Positions 38,876 through 47,267 of a DNA stretch of 64,000 nucleotides are shown here, in pieces (positions within the stretch are counted from its first letter, which is position 1; each line of letters opens with the position of its first letter). Origin of the DNA: an uncultured Oscillospiraceae bacterium. GTDB taxonomy: Bacteria; Bacillota; Clostridia; Oscillospirales; Ruminococcaceae. The translations under genes and the position numbers were made by a program. The notes under the pieces are model-generated. The model worked only from the letters and a program-made list of their open reading frames with translations, had not been told where the DNA came from and made no database searches. The stretch spans positions 13,308-77,307 of the forward strand of contig CAYJIM010000003.1 in NCBI GenBank assembly GCA_964370215.1. Direction: 5' to 3'.

Positions 38876-40831
38876 ATGAAAAAAATATCAATATGGCGTG
38901 ACCGATCGAATTGGCGGTCTAATGTCAGTTCTTTGTTGCTATTTGCTTTATGTGGATGTATGCTGATGGTGTGGATCATCATGGCAATGACGACTTTCAT
39001 GAATCAAGCAACAGCATATGAAGTGGATGAAACGGATGAAAGTTTACAGGAAATCGCAGAGTCCAATGCCGGAATGATTGAATTTTACTTTGATAAGCAG
39101 ATGGAAAGCTTGACCCTAACTGCACAGTATTTTCGAGATACCGATATGGAAGAAGTGGAAAAGGTAGATCTCAGTTACTTTGAACGTGCCTTTGCCGACC
39201 TTGCAGAATTGGGCCAGTTTCAGCGTGTTTCGGTCATCTTACCCTCGAATACTGCTTATGTATTGACGGATGGACGACTACAACACCAAGGTGCATCCTT
39301 TACCGAGGAGATGGAAAAGGGGATCACCTTTATTTCAGATGGGGTGATGGATGAAAAGCTCGGTCAAATCATTCACCTGAATGTCCCCTTATACAACAGT
39401 GAAAACAGATTGACAGGTTATTTACAAGGCACTCTTGCTACGGATCAACTGTCGGAGCAACTGAGTGTCTACCTACAACAAAAAGATGGCTATTTCCAGC
39501 TGATGGATAGTGAGGGCTATTATATTGCGGATGGACGTGCCGATCAAATGTTGATTATGGATGTTACCTTTTTGGAAGGGGCGTATTTATTAGAATTTGA
39601 CAAGGGCAGCGCTGAGCAGGTTGTTGGAGACTTTGAAGCACGCAACGAAGGGCATGTACAGTATACCTATGAAGGGCAAACACGCTTGGCATACTATGCA
39701 CCGGTTGAGATCAACAACTGGATGATTTTGTTGGTGCAACGACAAGAAGCAGTATTGGAAAAAAGTGAGCAGCACATCAACAATGGGGTGACCCTCATTG
39801 TCCATGCAGGTATTGTATTCCTACTTCTTATTTTGTGGGCATACTATGCACAGAACAAAATGAAAGAAAATGCACAAGTATACGAAAAGAGCTTTCGTTT
39901 ATTGTCAGATCAGATCAATCGTGTCATTTTTGAATGGAACACCGAAACAAAAGAACTCAAATTTATGAGTGACACTCATGGATTATTTGAAGGGCGTAAA
40001 AAGCTGCAAAATTGGCCGATTCTTGCCGGACAAAACAAGGACATTTACGAAAAAGACTATGATGGCGTCTGTGAGGCAATGCAGGCAATTCAAGATGGTA
40101 ATCGTGTTTCAGATGTCAAATGTCGCCTAAAACAATCGGACGGCTCTTATAGTTGGTATATGATGGCAGGGGTACCGGTCTATCATAAAGACGAAGATAA
40201 GCCGTTGCAGGTATTGGGCTTGTTGGAAGAGGTGGATGCAGTGATGCGTGAATCCATCGAACTCAAAAAAAGGTCTGAGCGAGATTCCTTGACAGGTATT
40301 TACAATAAGGGAACCACTGAGGTGCGTATCAAACAAATCCTTGAAGAGGATGAGGCACACATTCAGTCTCATGCACTGTTTATCATTGATGTTGACAACT
40401 TCAAATCCATCAATGATACCTTGGGACATCAAGTTGGGGATGAAGTCATCTGTCAATTGGCGCAGGAGTTGCGAAAGATGTTCCGCCCCTCCGACATTGT
40501 CGGACGTATTGGTGGTGACGAGTTCTTTGCTTTTATGAATGGTGTTTCGGATCAAACCATCATCGAGCAAAAGGCAAAAAACATTTGTGAATGCTTCAGG
40601 AAGCAGTACGGCGGAGAAGAGAAGGCCGTAATTGTTTCTGCAAGTGTCGGGATTGCTTGTTATCAACAACATGGGCTGACCTTTGAAACCCTTTATAAGA
40701 ATGCCGACATCGCCCTGTATCTTTCTAAGCAAGAGGGCAAAAACCGTTATACCTTCTTCAATGGACAGTCAGATGTGAATTATATTTCAAATCGTACGGT
40801 CATTGAAAATGGGGGAGAAGAGAAAGCATAA
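38876..40831 (+). CDS. Membrane diguanylate cyclase: TM, extracytoplasmic Cache-like sensor, TM, PAS, GGDEF
   Basis: The GGDEF motif is intact (GRIGGDEFFAF) and an RxxD I-site (RPSD) lies five residues upstream. A PAS-like segment spans about 340-470. The extracytoplasmic domain of about 270 aa lies between two TM helices. Confidence 0.88.
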   Translation: MKKISIWRDRSNWRSNVSSLLLFALCGCMLMVWIIMAMTTFMNQATAYEVDETDESLQEIAESNAGMIEFYFDKQMESLTLTAQYFRDTDMEEVEKVDLSYFERAFADLAELGQFQRVSVILPSNTAYVLTDGRLQHQGASFTEEMEKGITFISDGVMDEKLGQIIHLNVPLYNSENRLTGYLQGTLATDQLSEQLSVYLQQKDGYFQLMDSEGYYIADGRADQMLIMDVTFLEGAYLLEFDKGSAEQVVGDFEARNEGHVQYTYEGQTRLAYYAPVEINNWMILLVQRQEAVLEKSEQHINNGVTLIVHAGIVFLLLILWAYYAQNKMKENAQVYEKSFRLLSDQINRVIFEWNTETKELKFMSDTHGLFEGRKKLQNWPILAGQNKDIYEKDYDGVCEAMQAIQDGNRVSDVKCRLKQSDGSYSWYMMAGVPVYHKDEDKPLQVLGLLEEVDAVMRESIELKKRSERDSLTGIYNKGTTEVRIKQILEEDEAHIQSHALFIIDVDNFKSINDTLGHQVGDEVICQLAQELRKMFRPSDIVGRIGGDEFFAFMNGVSDQTIIEQKAKNICECFRKQYGGEEKAVIVSASVGIACYQQHGLTFETLYKNADIALYLSKQEGKNRYTFFNGQSDVNYISNRTVIENGGEEKA

Positions 40832-40836
40832 GAAAA

Positions 40837-40884
40837 AAACCGTAGGCGGTTTCCATTTAATTGGAAAATGCCTACGGTTTTATT
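40837..40884 (+). terminator. Terminator after the diguanylate cyclase gene
   Basis: The extended stem aaaccgtaggc..tttcca / tggaaa..gcctacggttt is followed by ttttatt. Confidence 0.7.
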
Positions 40885-41063
40885 ATGTGAAATGCCAAAA
40901 TAAGTAAAAAAGTCTGTTGAAACCGAATTGTAATCATTTATGCACAATCAATAATGATGGCTAGTTGTTCTTGTGTAGAATCACAGATTGCATGACGACA
41001 GGTACTACAATCAGACAAGATTTGTCTTTCCTCTACTATATTTTGTATGCCGTTTGCAGATTT

Positions 41064-41070
41064 TGTCGAA
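41064..41070 (+). promoter_or_regulatory. Candidate 0A box (TGTCGAA) upstream of spo0A
   Basis: This is an exact match to the Bacillus/Clostridium Spo0A-binding heptamer, 77 nt upstream of the spo0A start. A 7-mer is expected by chance several times in 64 kb, so only its position makes it interesting. Confidence 0.3.
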
Positions 41071-41146
41071 AAAGCACGACAGAAATATGTTGAAAAATAT
41101 GTAAGAAAATGGTAATATAACGATATCACAAAAAGGAGGAAAACAA

Positions 41147-41929
41147 ATGAAAAACCCAATCAAAGTACTTATAGGCGATGATAGTTTAAATTTTGGCGTG
41201 ATTTGTGGCGAGATGTTGGAAAAAAGAGGACTCGCACCTTTGATACGACCAAAAGATGGTATTGCCATTTACGATGCGATTTGTAAAAATGAGCCCGATA
41301 TTGTACTGTTGGACAGCAAAATGCCCCACATTGATGCGTTTGGTATTCTCAAAAACTTTGCAGCGAAATCGATCAATCCCCCTTATTTTTTAGTTGTGAG
41401 TGCCTACGATTCCCCTTATGCAGAACAGGAATATCTGCAAAACGGTGCCTCGTTCTTTTTTACAAAACCCGTCGATCTCAATTTAATCTGTGATCGCATC
41501 TGCCTATTGGCTGATCAGCATAGGAGAAAACCACAACAGCATCTGCGTCCAAAGCATGACTTGGAGGTACTTGTCACCGAAGTCATTCATCAAATTGGAG
41601 TACCGGCTCACATCAAAGGGTATCATTATTTGAGAGAAGCGATCATGTTGTCCATTGAAGACAGCGAAATGATCAATTCTGTCACAAAAATTTTGTACCC
41701 GACTGTTGCCAAAAAGTTTAAAACGACTTCATCCCGCGTGGAGCGTGCCATTCGTCATGCCATTGAAGTGGCTTGGGACCGTGGCGATGTCGATGTGCTC
41801 AATTCCTTTTTTGGATATACTGTGCATACCGGCCGTGGCAAACCCACCAATTCCGAATTTATCGCGATGATTGCTGATCGTTTGCGGCTACAGATGAAAA
41901 AGGGTGGGCAACAGAGTATTTTGCAATAA
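41147..41929 (+). CDS. spo0A: Sporulation master regulator Spo0A
   Basis: It has a canonical receiver ([28 protein letters not shown]) and the Spo0A_C signature ([54 protein letters not shown]). Confidence 0.95.
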   Translation: MKNPIKVLIGDDSLNFGVICGEMLEKRGLAPLIRPKDGIAIYDAICKNEPDIVLLDSKMPHIDAFGILKNFAAKSINPPYFLVVSAYDSPYAEQEYLQNGASFFFTKPVDLNLICDRICLLADQHRRKPQQHLRPKHDLEVLVTEVIHQIGVPAHIKGYHYLREAIMLSIEDSEMINSVTKILYPTVAKKFKTTSSRVERAIRHAIEVAWDRGDVDVLNSFFGYTVHTGRGKPTNSEFIAMIADRLRLQMKKGGQQSILQ

Positions 41930-42078
41930 ATAGTAAAGAAAAAACGACTTGTCTGATTCCAATCGTGGAAAACGGGTGCAAGTCGTTTTTATTTGTTCTT
42001 TCGGATGGACTGAACGACACAAACCACAGAAAACGGGTGAAAAAGGGAGAAAATGGACGGATTTGTCCTCTTTGCCGT

Positions 42079-42107
42079 TTGACTTCTTTGCTCAAGTTTG
42101 GTAAAAT
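42079..42107 (+). promoter_or_regulatory. Sigma-A type promoter (TTGACT-17-TAAAAT with a TG extension)
   Basis: The hexamers lie at 42079-42084 and 42102-42107, upstream of the CNNM-family gene. Confidence 0.5.
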
Positions 42108-42173
42108 AAATAAAACCCCATCTGAAAAAACAAAATAATAAAAGGGGTTTTATTTAAAGGAGTGTGTTGAACG

Positions 42174-43445
42174 GTGGACGAAGTGTCTGCGCTGACGTAT
42201 GTATTTTTGGTAGTATTGGTGTTGTTGTCGGCCTTTTTCTCAGGGTCGGAGACTGCATTTTCAACTGTCAATCGAATTCGTATGAAAAATCTTGCTTTAG
42301 ACGGCAACAAAAAAGCAAAAAAGGTATTGAAAGTATGTGAGGATTATGACAGTGCATTGTCGGCAATTTTGATCGGCAACAACATTGTCAACATTGCCTC
42401 CGCTTCGGTGGGTACGGTGCTCTTTACCTATTACTTTGGGGTGAACGGTACCTGGATTTCTACCCTTGTCATGACACTTGTTGTACTGACCTTTGGGGAA
42501 GTCGTGCCAAAATCTTTGGCAAAAGAAAATGCCGAGAAATACGCCTTGGTAGTTGTTGATATTCTTGCCTTTTTGATGAAGCTGTTTTGGCCACTCATTT
42601 TTTTACTCCTACAAGTGCGCAAACTCATTTCCAAAGAGCGCAAGGGGAGCGATGCCTTAACTGAGCAAGAACTCAAATATATCATTGAAGAGAGCCATCA
42701 TGAAGGTGTTTTGGAAGAACAGGAACGTGAATTGGTGCAGTCCGCGTTGGACTTCGATGAAATTTTAGTAGAGGAAATCCTCATTCCCCGTGTGGACGTT
42801 GTGGCCATTGACATTCATGAGGATGTGGAAAAAGTCAAAACCCTCTTTTTTGAAGAAGGTTATTCTAGGCTGCCGGTTTATAATGGTACCATTGACAATG
42901 TACTCGGGGTACTGCATTATAAGGACTTTTTCGAGGCATACTTGAAAGATTCCAAAGTACAGTTGCATGCCCTATTACAAAAGGTTATGTACATTCCTCA
43001 AAAAAAATCTATTTCAGAACTGATGCAGGAGTTGCAAAAACAAAAATCCCATATGGCAGTAGTCATTGACCACTACGGTGGCACGATTGGGATTGTCACT
43101 CTAGAGGACATTATTGAGGAGTTGGTGGGCGACATTTGGGACGAAAGCGATGAAGAGGAGCTCCTTTGCCAAAAGCTATCGGAAACGCAGTATCGTGTAT
43201 CCGGTGACCTTGGTATTGAAGATTTCTTTGATGAAATTGAACTGTCCTACCGTGCAAGTGAGATGGAAGAAATGCCAACCACCATGGCAGGATGGGTGTT
43301 GGAAACGCTAGAGCGTATTCCGGTCGCAGGGGACAGCTTTGATTATCGCCACCTCAAAGTAACGGTACAAGAGGTTGTTGATCAACGCATTGTGACACTG
43401 TTTGTCACGGTGCAACCACAACCAAAAGAAGGAGACGCAGAATAG
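42174..43445 (+). CDS. CNNM/CorC (HlyC/CorC) family transporter: DUF21, CBS pair, CorC_HlyC
   Basis: FSGSETAF lies in the first TM region and GNNIVNIA follows, then a CBS pair and the C-terminal GWVLETLERIPVAGDSF. It has a GTG start with an aaaggag RBS. Confidence 0.9.
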   Translation: MDEVSALTYVFLVVLVLLSAFFSGSETAFSTVNRIRMKNLALDGNKKAKKVLKVCEDYDSALSAILIGNNIVNIASASVGTVLFTYYFGVNGTWISTLVMTLVVLTFGEVVPKSLAKENAEKYALVVVDILAFLMKLFWPLIFLLLQVRKLISKERKGSDALTEQELKYIIEESHHEGVLEEQERELVQSALDFDEILVEEILIPRVDVVAIDIHEDVEKVKTLFFEEGYSRLPVYNGTIDNVLGVLHYKDFFEAYLKDSKVQLHALLQKVMYIPQKKSISELMQELQKQKSHMAVVIDHYGGTIGIVTLEDIIEELVGDIWDESDEEELLCQKLSETQYRVSGDLGIEDFFDEIELSYRASEMEEMPTTMAGWVLETLERIPVAGDSFDYRHLKVTVQEVVDQRIVTLFVTVQPQPKEGDAE

Positions 43446-44819
43446 ATGACCATACGTGCAAGAGCGGCGGTTGCCGTTGCAAAGTGTTTGAAACTGGGAC
43501 TGAAAATAATGAGACGAAAGGGGACAAATCTCCCCGGGGTCATGGCATTGAAAATTTGCCCGACCCTGTTTCGTGAGCTTCAAAAGCCAAAAACCATCAT
43601 TGGTGTCACAGGAACCAATGGGAAAACCACCGTTGCCAACCTCATTGGCGACGTGTTGGCGGCAAATAACATCGCCTATGCAGGGAATCGCTTTGGTAGC
43701 AATATCGACACCGGTATTGCTACCACTTTGATTGATAACGTCACTTTTTTTGGCAAATGTAAAAAGCAGTTGGCGGTGCTCGAAATTGATGAGCGCATGA
43801 CCCCGCGAATTTTACCATATGTGCATCTCGATTTTCTAGTGGTTACCAACCTGTTTCGCGATTCCTATAAGCGAAACGCACACGCAGAATTCATCTTTGA
43901 TATTTTGGAGCGCAACATTGCCGATGATACAACCCTGATCTTAAATGGGGAGGACCTCATCAGCAGTCGCTTGAAACTCAAAAACAAGCGCTCTTATTTT
44001 GCGTTGTCTGCAGAGAATCTCCCGACCAGCGATTATGACAACATCATCAACGATGTGCGCTTTTGTCCGATCTGTGAAGCGAAACTTCGCTTTACCCGTC
44101 ATCGCTATCACCACATTGGTGTGGCACACTGTACAGGGTGTGACTATGCCTCGCCGACAGCGGACTATGATGTCACAGCAGTGGATTTTGAAAATCACCT
44201 GCTGTCTATGACCATGGGTGACAGTAGCGAAGTGTACCGTCTGTTGCAGGACAGCATGATCAACATCTACAACCAAACGGCCGCGATTGCGACCCTTCGT
44301 GCTTTCGGCTTGACCTATGATCAGGTCAAACAGGGGATGGATAAGGTAGGCATCGTAGCCAGTCGCTACGATGTCAGTAAGGTCGGCAATCATCAAGTGG
44401 TCATGAATCTTGCAAAAGGACAAAATCCTGTGGCCTGTTCTCGAGTCTTTGACTTTATCGCAGGGCAGCCGGGGGAGAAAGCAGTGCTCATCATGGTGGA
44501 TGACCATGGGGATGCCAAAACCAGTTCTGAAAACATTGCATGGATTTACGATGTGGATTTTGAGTACCTACAAGACCCTTCAGTCAAACAAATTTTGGTG
44601 GGCGGTCATCGCCACCTCGACTACCGCGTGCGGATGGAACTGGCAGGGATCGACAGCAGTCGTTACGACACCACCACCGATCCGCACACACTGCCCACAT
44701 TGTTGGACGCCATACGTTGTGACACCGTTTATATTCTATATGATCTTTACACCTATGATGAGGCGGTGCAGGTACGCACAAAACTCATCGAACGATTAAA
44801 GCAAGGGGGTAGCCAATGA
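43446..44819 (+). CDS. murT: MurT-like Mur ligase family protein (central Mur ligase domain plus DUF1727)
   Basis: It has the P-loop GVTGTNGKTT, the Cys4 ribbon CPICEAKL..CTGCDY characteristic of MurT and the C-terminal WIYDVDFE segment of DUF1727. It overlaps the downstream GatD-like gene. Confidence 0.8.
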   Translation: MTIRARAAVAVAKCLKLGLKIMRRKGTNLPGVMALKICPTLFRELQKPKTIIGVTGTNGKTTVANLIGDVLAANNIAYAGNRFGSNIDTGIATTLIDNVTFFGKCKKQLAVLEIDERMTPRILPYVHLDFLVVTNLFRDSYKRNAHAEFIFDILERNIADDTTLILNGEDLISSRLKLKNKRSYFALSAENLPTSDYDNIINDVRFCPICEAKLRFTRHRYHHIGVAHCTGCDYASPTADYDVTAVDFENHLLSMTMGDSSEVYRLLQDSMINIYNQTAAIATLRAFGLTYDQVKQGMDKVGIVASRYDVSKVGNHQVVMNLAKGQNPVACSRVFDFIAGQPGEKAVLIMVDDHGDAKTSSENIAWIYDVDFEYLQDPSVKQILVGGHRHLDYRVRMELAGIDSSRYDTTTDPHTLPTLLDAIRCDTVYILYDLYTYDEAVQVRTKLIERLKQGGSQ

Positions 44820-45526
44820 AAATAGAATTGTTATACCCCGAACTTGCTAATCTGCATGGTGATACCGGCAATATCCGCCTGTTAAAGCAGTGTTTACCGG
44901 AGGCTGAGTTTATCGAAACAGGACTGTGTGATACTCCAACCTTTGTGAGCGAGAAAGTGGATATGATCTACCTCGGTTCGATGAGTGAATCGGGACAGCG
45001 TCGGGTCATTCAGCATTTGACAGAGTACCGCACGCACCTACAGGACTGCATCGATCAGGGAGTGGTCATGCTTTTCACCGGCAATGCGATGGAAGTACTG
45101 TACGAAGCAATTGAGAAAAAAGGCGGAGAACGTACGACAGGACTTCACCTTCTGCCACTGACTGCCGTGGGCGACTTTCACAACCGCTATAACAGTCTGG
45201 TGTACGGTACCTTTGAGTCGATGGAACTGGTAGGATTTAAAACGCAGTTCACCTTAGCTTATGGTGAGATGGCACATCCTTTCATGCAGGTCAAACGAGG
45301 GCTTGGTATGAACCGAGAAGTGACCGTAGAAGGGGTACGGATCAACAATCTGTTTGCCACCTATCTGGTTGGTCCGCTGTTGGTGCTAAACCCACCGTTC
45401 TGCCTTTACCTATTAGAACTGTTGGGCGTAGAACAACCACAATTACCATTTTTTGATGGGCTCATGCAGGCGTACCAAGCGCGTTTGGTCGAATTTCAAG
45501 ACCCATCGAAAGAGTTTTTTCAATAA
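44816..45526 (+). CDS. GatD-like CobB/CobQ-type amidotransferase-fold protein, predicted catalytically inactive
   Basis: The N-terminus LLYPELANLHGDTGNI and the ATYLVGPLLVLNP segment align to GatD. The nucleophile position reads FTGNAM instead of ICGGYQ, and the His position reads LVGP instead of LHGP. Confidence 0.7.
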   Translation: MKIELLYPELANLHGDTGNIRLLKQCLPEAEFIETGLCDTPTFVSEKVDMIYLGSMSESGQRRVIQHLTEYRTHLQDCIDQGVVMLFTGNAMEVLYEAIEKKGGERTTGLHLLPLTAVGDFHNRYNSLVYGTFESMELVGFKTQFTLAYGEMAHPFMQVKRGLGMNREVTVEGVRINNLFATYLVGPLLVLNPPFCLYLLELLGVEQPQLPFFDGLMQAYQARLVEFQDPSKEFFQ

Positions 45527-45588
45527 TATTTTATAACAAGCATCGATTCTTGCAATCGGTGCTTCAGACCGTCGAAAAACCCGCAATC

Positions 45589-45628
45589 GCAAAATCGGTG
45601 AGCCATGTCGCTCGCCGATTTTGCTTTC
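45589..45628 (+). terminator. Terminator after the murT/gatD-like pair
   Basis: The 14-bp stem gcaaaatcggtgag / ctcgccgattttgc (one G-U pair) has an 8-nt loop and then tttc. Confidence 0.7.
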
Positions 45629-45789
45629 TGTGTCACTGCAACTTGCAAATATCGTTCATATGCCCCTGTATTATTCTCTCATTTGCAAGTTTTGTTCCTT
45701 GACTTGCGAATTTTTGGACGCTCTGACAGTGTGTTGGAACAGGAAAGGTTTTTTTGATACCCTACAGCACTGATTTTTACAATCAGTGC

Positions 45790-45818
45790 TTGAATTTTTG
45801 TCAGAAAAGTGGTATGAT
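45790..45818 (+). promoter_or_regulatory. Sigma-A type promoter (TTGAAT-17-TATGAT with a TG extension) for the paaK-ior operon
   Basis: The hexamers lie at 45790-45795 and 45813-45818, with tgg immediately before the -10. Confidence 0.6.
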
Positions 45819-45911
45819 AGAAACAATATGCAGATTGATTTGGAGATCTTGACCAGAGCAATACTGCAAAGAAAGGAGTTTATTCTGTCCTTTCCAACAG
45901 AATATCAAATT

Positions 45912-47222
45912 ATGAAGATACAGTTTTTTCAAAAAGACATCGAAACGATGCCACGCAAAGAGTTGGATCGATTGCAGTTAGAGCGTCTCAAGTGGATGGT
46001 TGATTACTGCATCAAAAACGTCCCACATTACCAAAAAACATTGGGGGAAGCAGGGGTCACGGCGGAGAAGATCAAAACGCTGTCGGACATCCAGCACATC
46101 CCTTTTACCAATAAAAGCGACATGCGCGACCAATACCCTTATGGCTTATTTGCGCCACCGATGAAGGACATTGTTCGTATCCATGCCTCGTCCGGCACCA
46201 CTGGGAAACCCACTGTGGTCGGTTACACCAAGCGGGACATTGACCATTGGAGCGACTGTGTGGCAAGACTTTGTATGGCAGTTGGTGTCACCGAAGAGGA
46301 CATTGCGCAAATTTCCTTCGGTTATGGGCTGTTTACAGGAGCACTTGGGCTGCATTACGGTTTGGAAAAAATCGGCTGTGCGGTCATTCCCGTGTCGTCT
46401 GGCAACACTGAAAAACAGGTCATGCTCTTAAAAGACTTTCAAAGTTCGGTGCTTGTTTCCACACCATCTTATGCTATGTATATGAGTGAAGTGGCAAGAG
46501 ATATGGGGATCAGCAACGAAGACTTGAAACTCAAAATCGGTCTCTTTGGCTCGGAAGGATGTACACCGGAACTGCGTGCACAAATTGAGCGTGGGTTCAA
46601 CCTCTTCTCAACCGACAATTATGGGATGAGCGAATTGATGGGTCCCGGTGTTTCGGGGGAATGTATCTACCGTGATGGGCTACATATCGCAGAGGATCAC
46701 TTCATTGCCGAAATCATTGATGGGCATAGCGGGGCGCCGCTCGATCGTGGCGAGACAGGGGAACTTGTCATCACCACCATCACCAAAGAGGGGATTCCGA
46801 TGCTGCGTTACCGCACCCGTGACATTTCCAGACTCAACGACGATGTCTGTCAGTGTGGTCGTACCCACACCCGTATGGACAAGGTCAAAGGGCGCAGTGA
46901 TGACATGCTCAAAATCCGTGGGGTCAATGTATTCCCTTCGCAAATTGAAAGTGTCTTGGCAAGTGTAGAAGGAACAAGTCCGCAGTATCAGCTGATTTTG
47001 ACCCGCAAACACTATACCGACTATTTAGAGGTGAAAGTGGAATTCCACGATGCCTCCCTGTTGGAAGACTATGCAGAGCTTGAAAAACTCAGTCACACCA
47101 TCCGTGCAAAACTGCGTACGGTGCTAGGTCTGGATGCAAAGGTGACCCTTGCAGAACCACAATCGCTTGAACGCTTTGTAGGCAAAGCAAAACGCATTGT
47201 CGACAACCGTTCTGATGGATAG
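45912..47222 (+). CDS. Phenylacetate-CoA ligase family protein (PaaK-like adenylate-forming enzyme), copy 1
   Basis: FFQKDIETMPRKELDRLQLERLK...IHASSGTTGKPTVVGYT...NYGMSELMGPGV...YRTRDISRL..CGRTHTRM..GRSDDMLKIRGVNVFPSQIE. The start was set to MKIQFF by alignment with copy 2. Confidence 0.88.
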   Translation: MKIQFFQKDIETMPRKELDRLQLERLKWMVDYCIKNVPHYQKTLGEAGVTAEKIKTLSDIQHIPFTNKSDMRDQYPYGLFAPPMKDIVRIHASSGTTGKPTVVGYTKRDIDHWSDCVARLCMAVGVTEEDIAQISFGYGLFTGALGLHYGLEKIGCAVIPVSSGNTEKQVMLLKDFQSSVLVSTPSYAMYMSEVARDMGISNEDLKLKIGLFGSEGCTPELRAQIERGFNLFSTDNYGMSELMGPGVSGECIYRDGLHIAEDHFIAEIIDGHSGAPLDRGETGELVITTITKEGIPMLRYRTRDISRLNDDVCQCGRTHTRMDKVKGRSDDMLKIRGVNVFPSQIESVLASVEGTSPQYQLILTRKHYTDYLEVKVEFHDASLLEDYAELEKLSHTIRAKLRTVLGLDAKVTLAEPQSLERFVGKAKRIVDNRSDG

Positions 47223-47267
47223 CAATCCCCCCTGATAGGGAAAAGATAAAAAAGGAGAGAATGGACA

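Noticed and set aside
38749-39000. An 83-aa minus-strand ORF in the aldolase / GGDEF divergent spacer.
   Set aside because: It overlaps the start of the GGDEF gene and the promoter region, has a low-complexity translation, and has no RBS.
45786-45911. N-terminal extensions offered by the ORF track: paaK copy 1 from 45786, ftsK from 1813, yigZ from 24143, the ABC half-transporter from 54566, cydC-like from 59013, and the methyltransferase from 12959.
   Set aside because: The extensions cross promoters, terminators or upstream genes and lack an RBS. Alignment with paralogues or family N-termini supports the internal starts used in the feature list.
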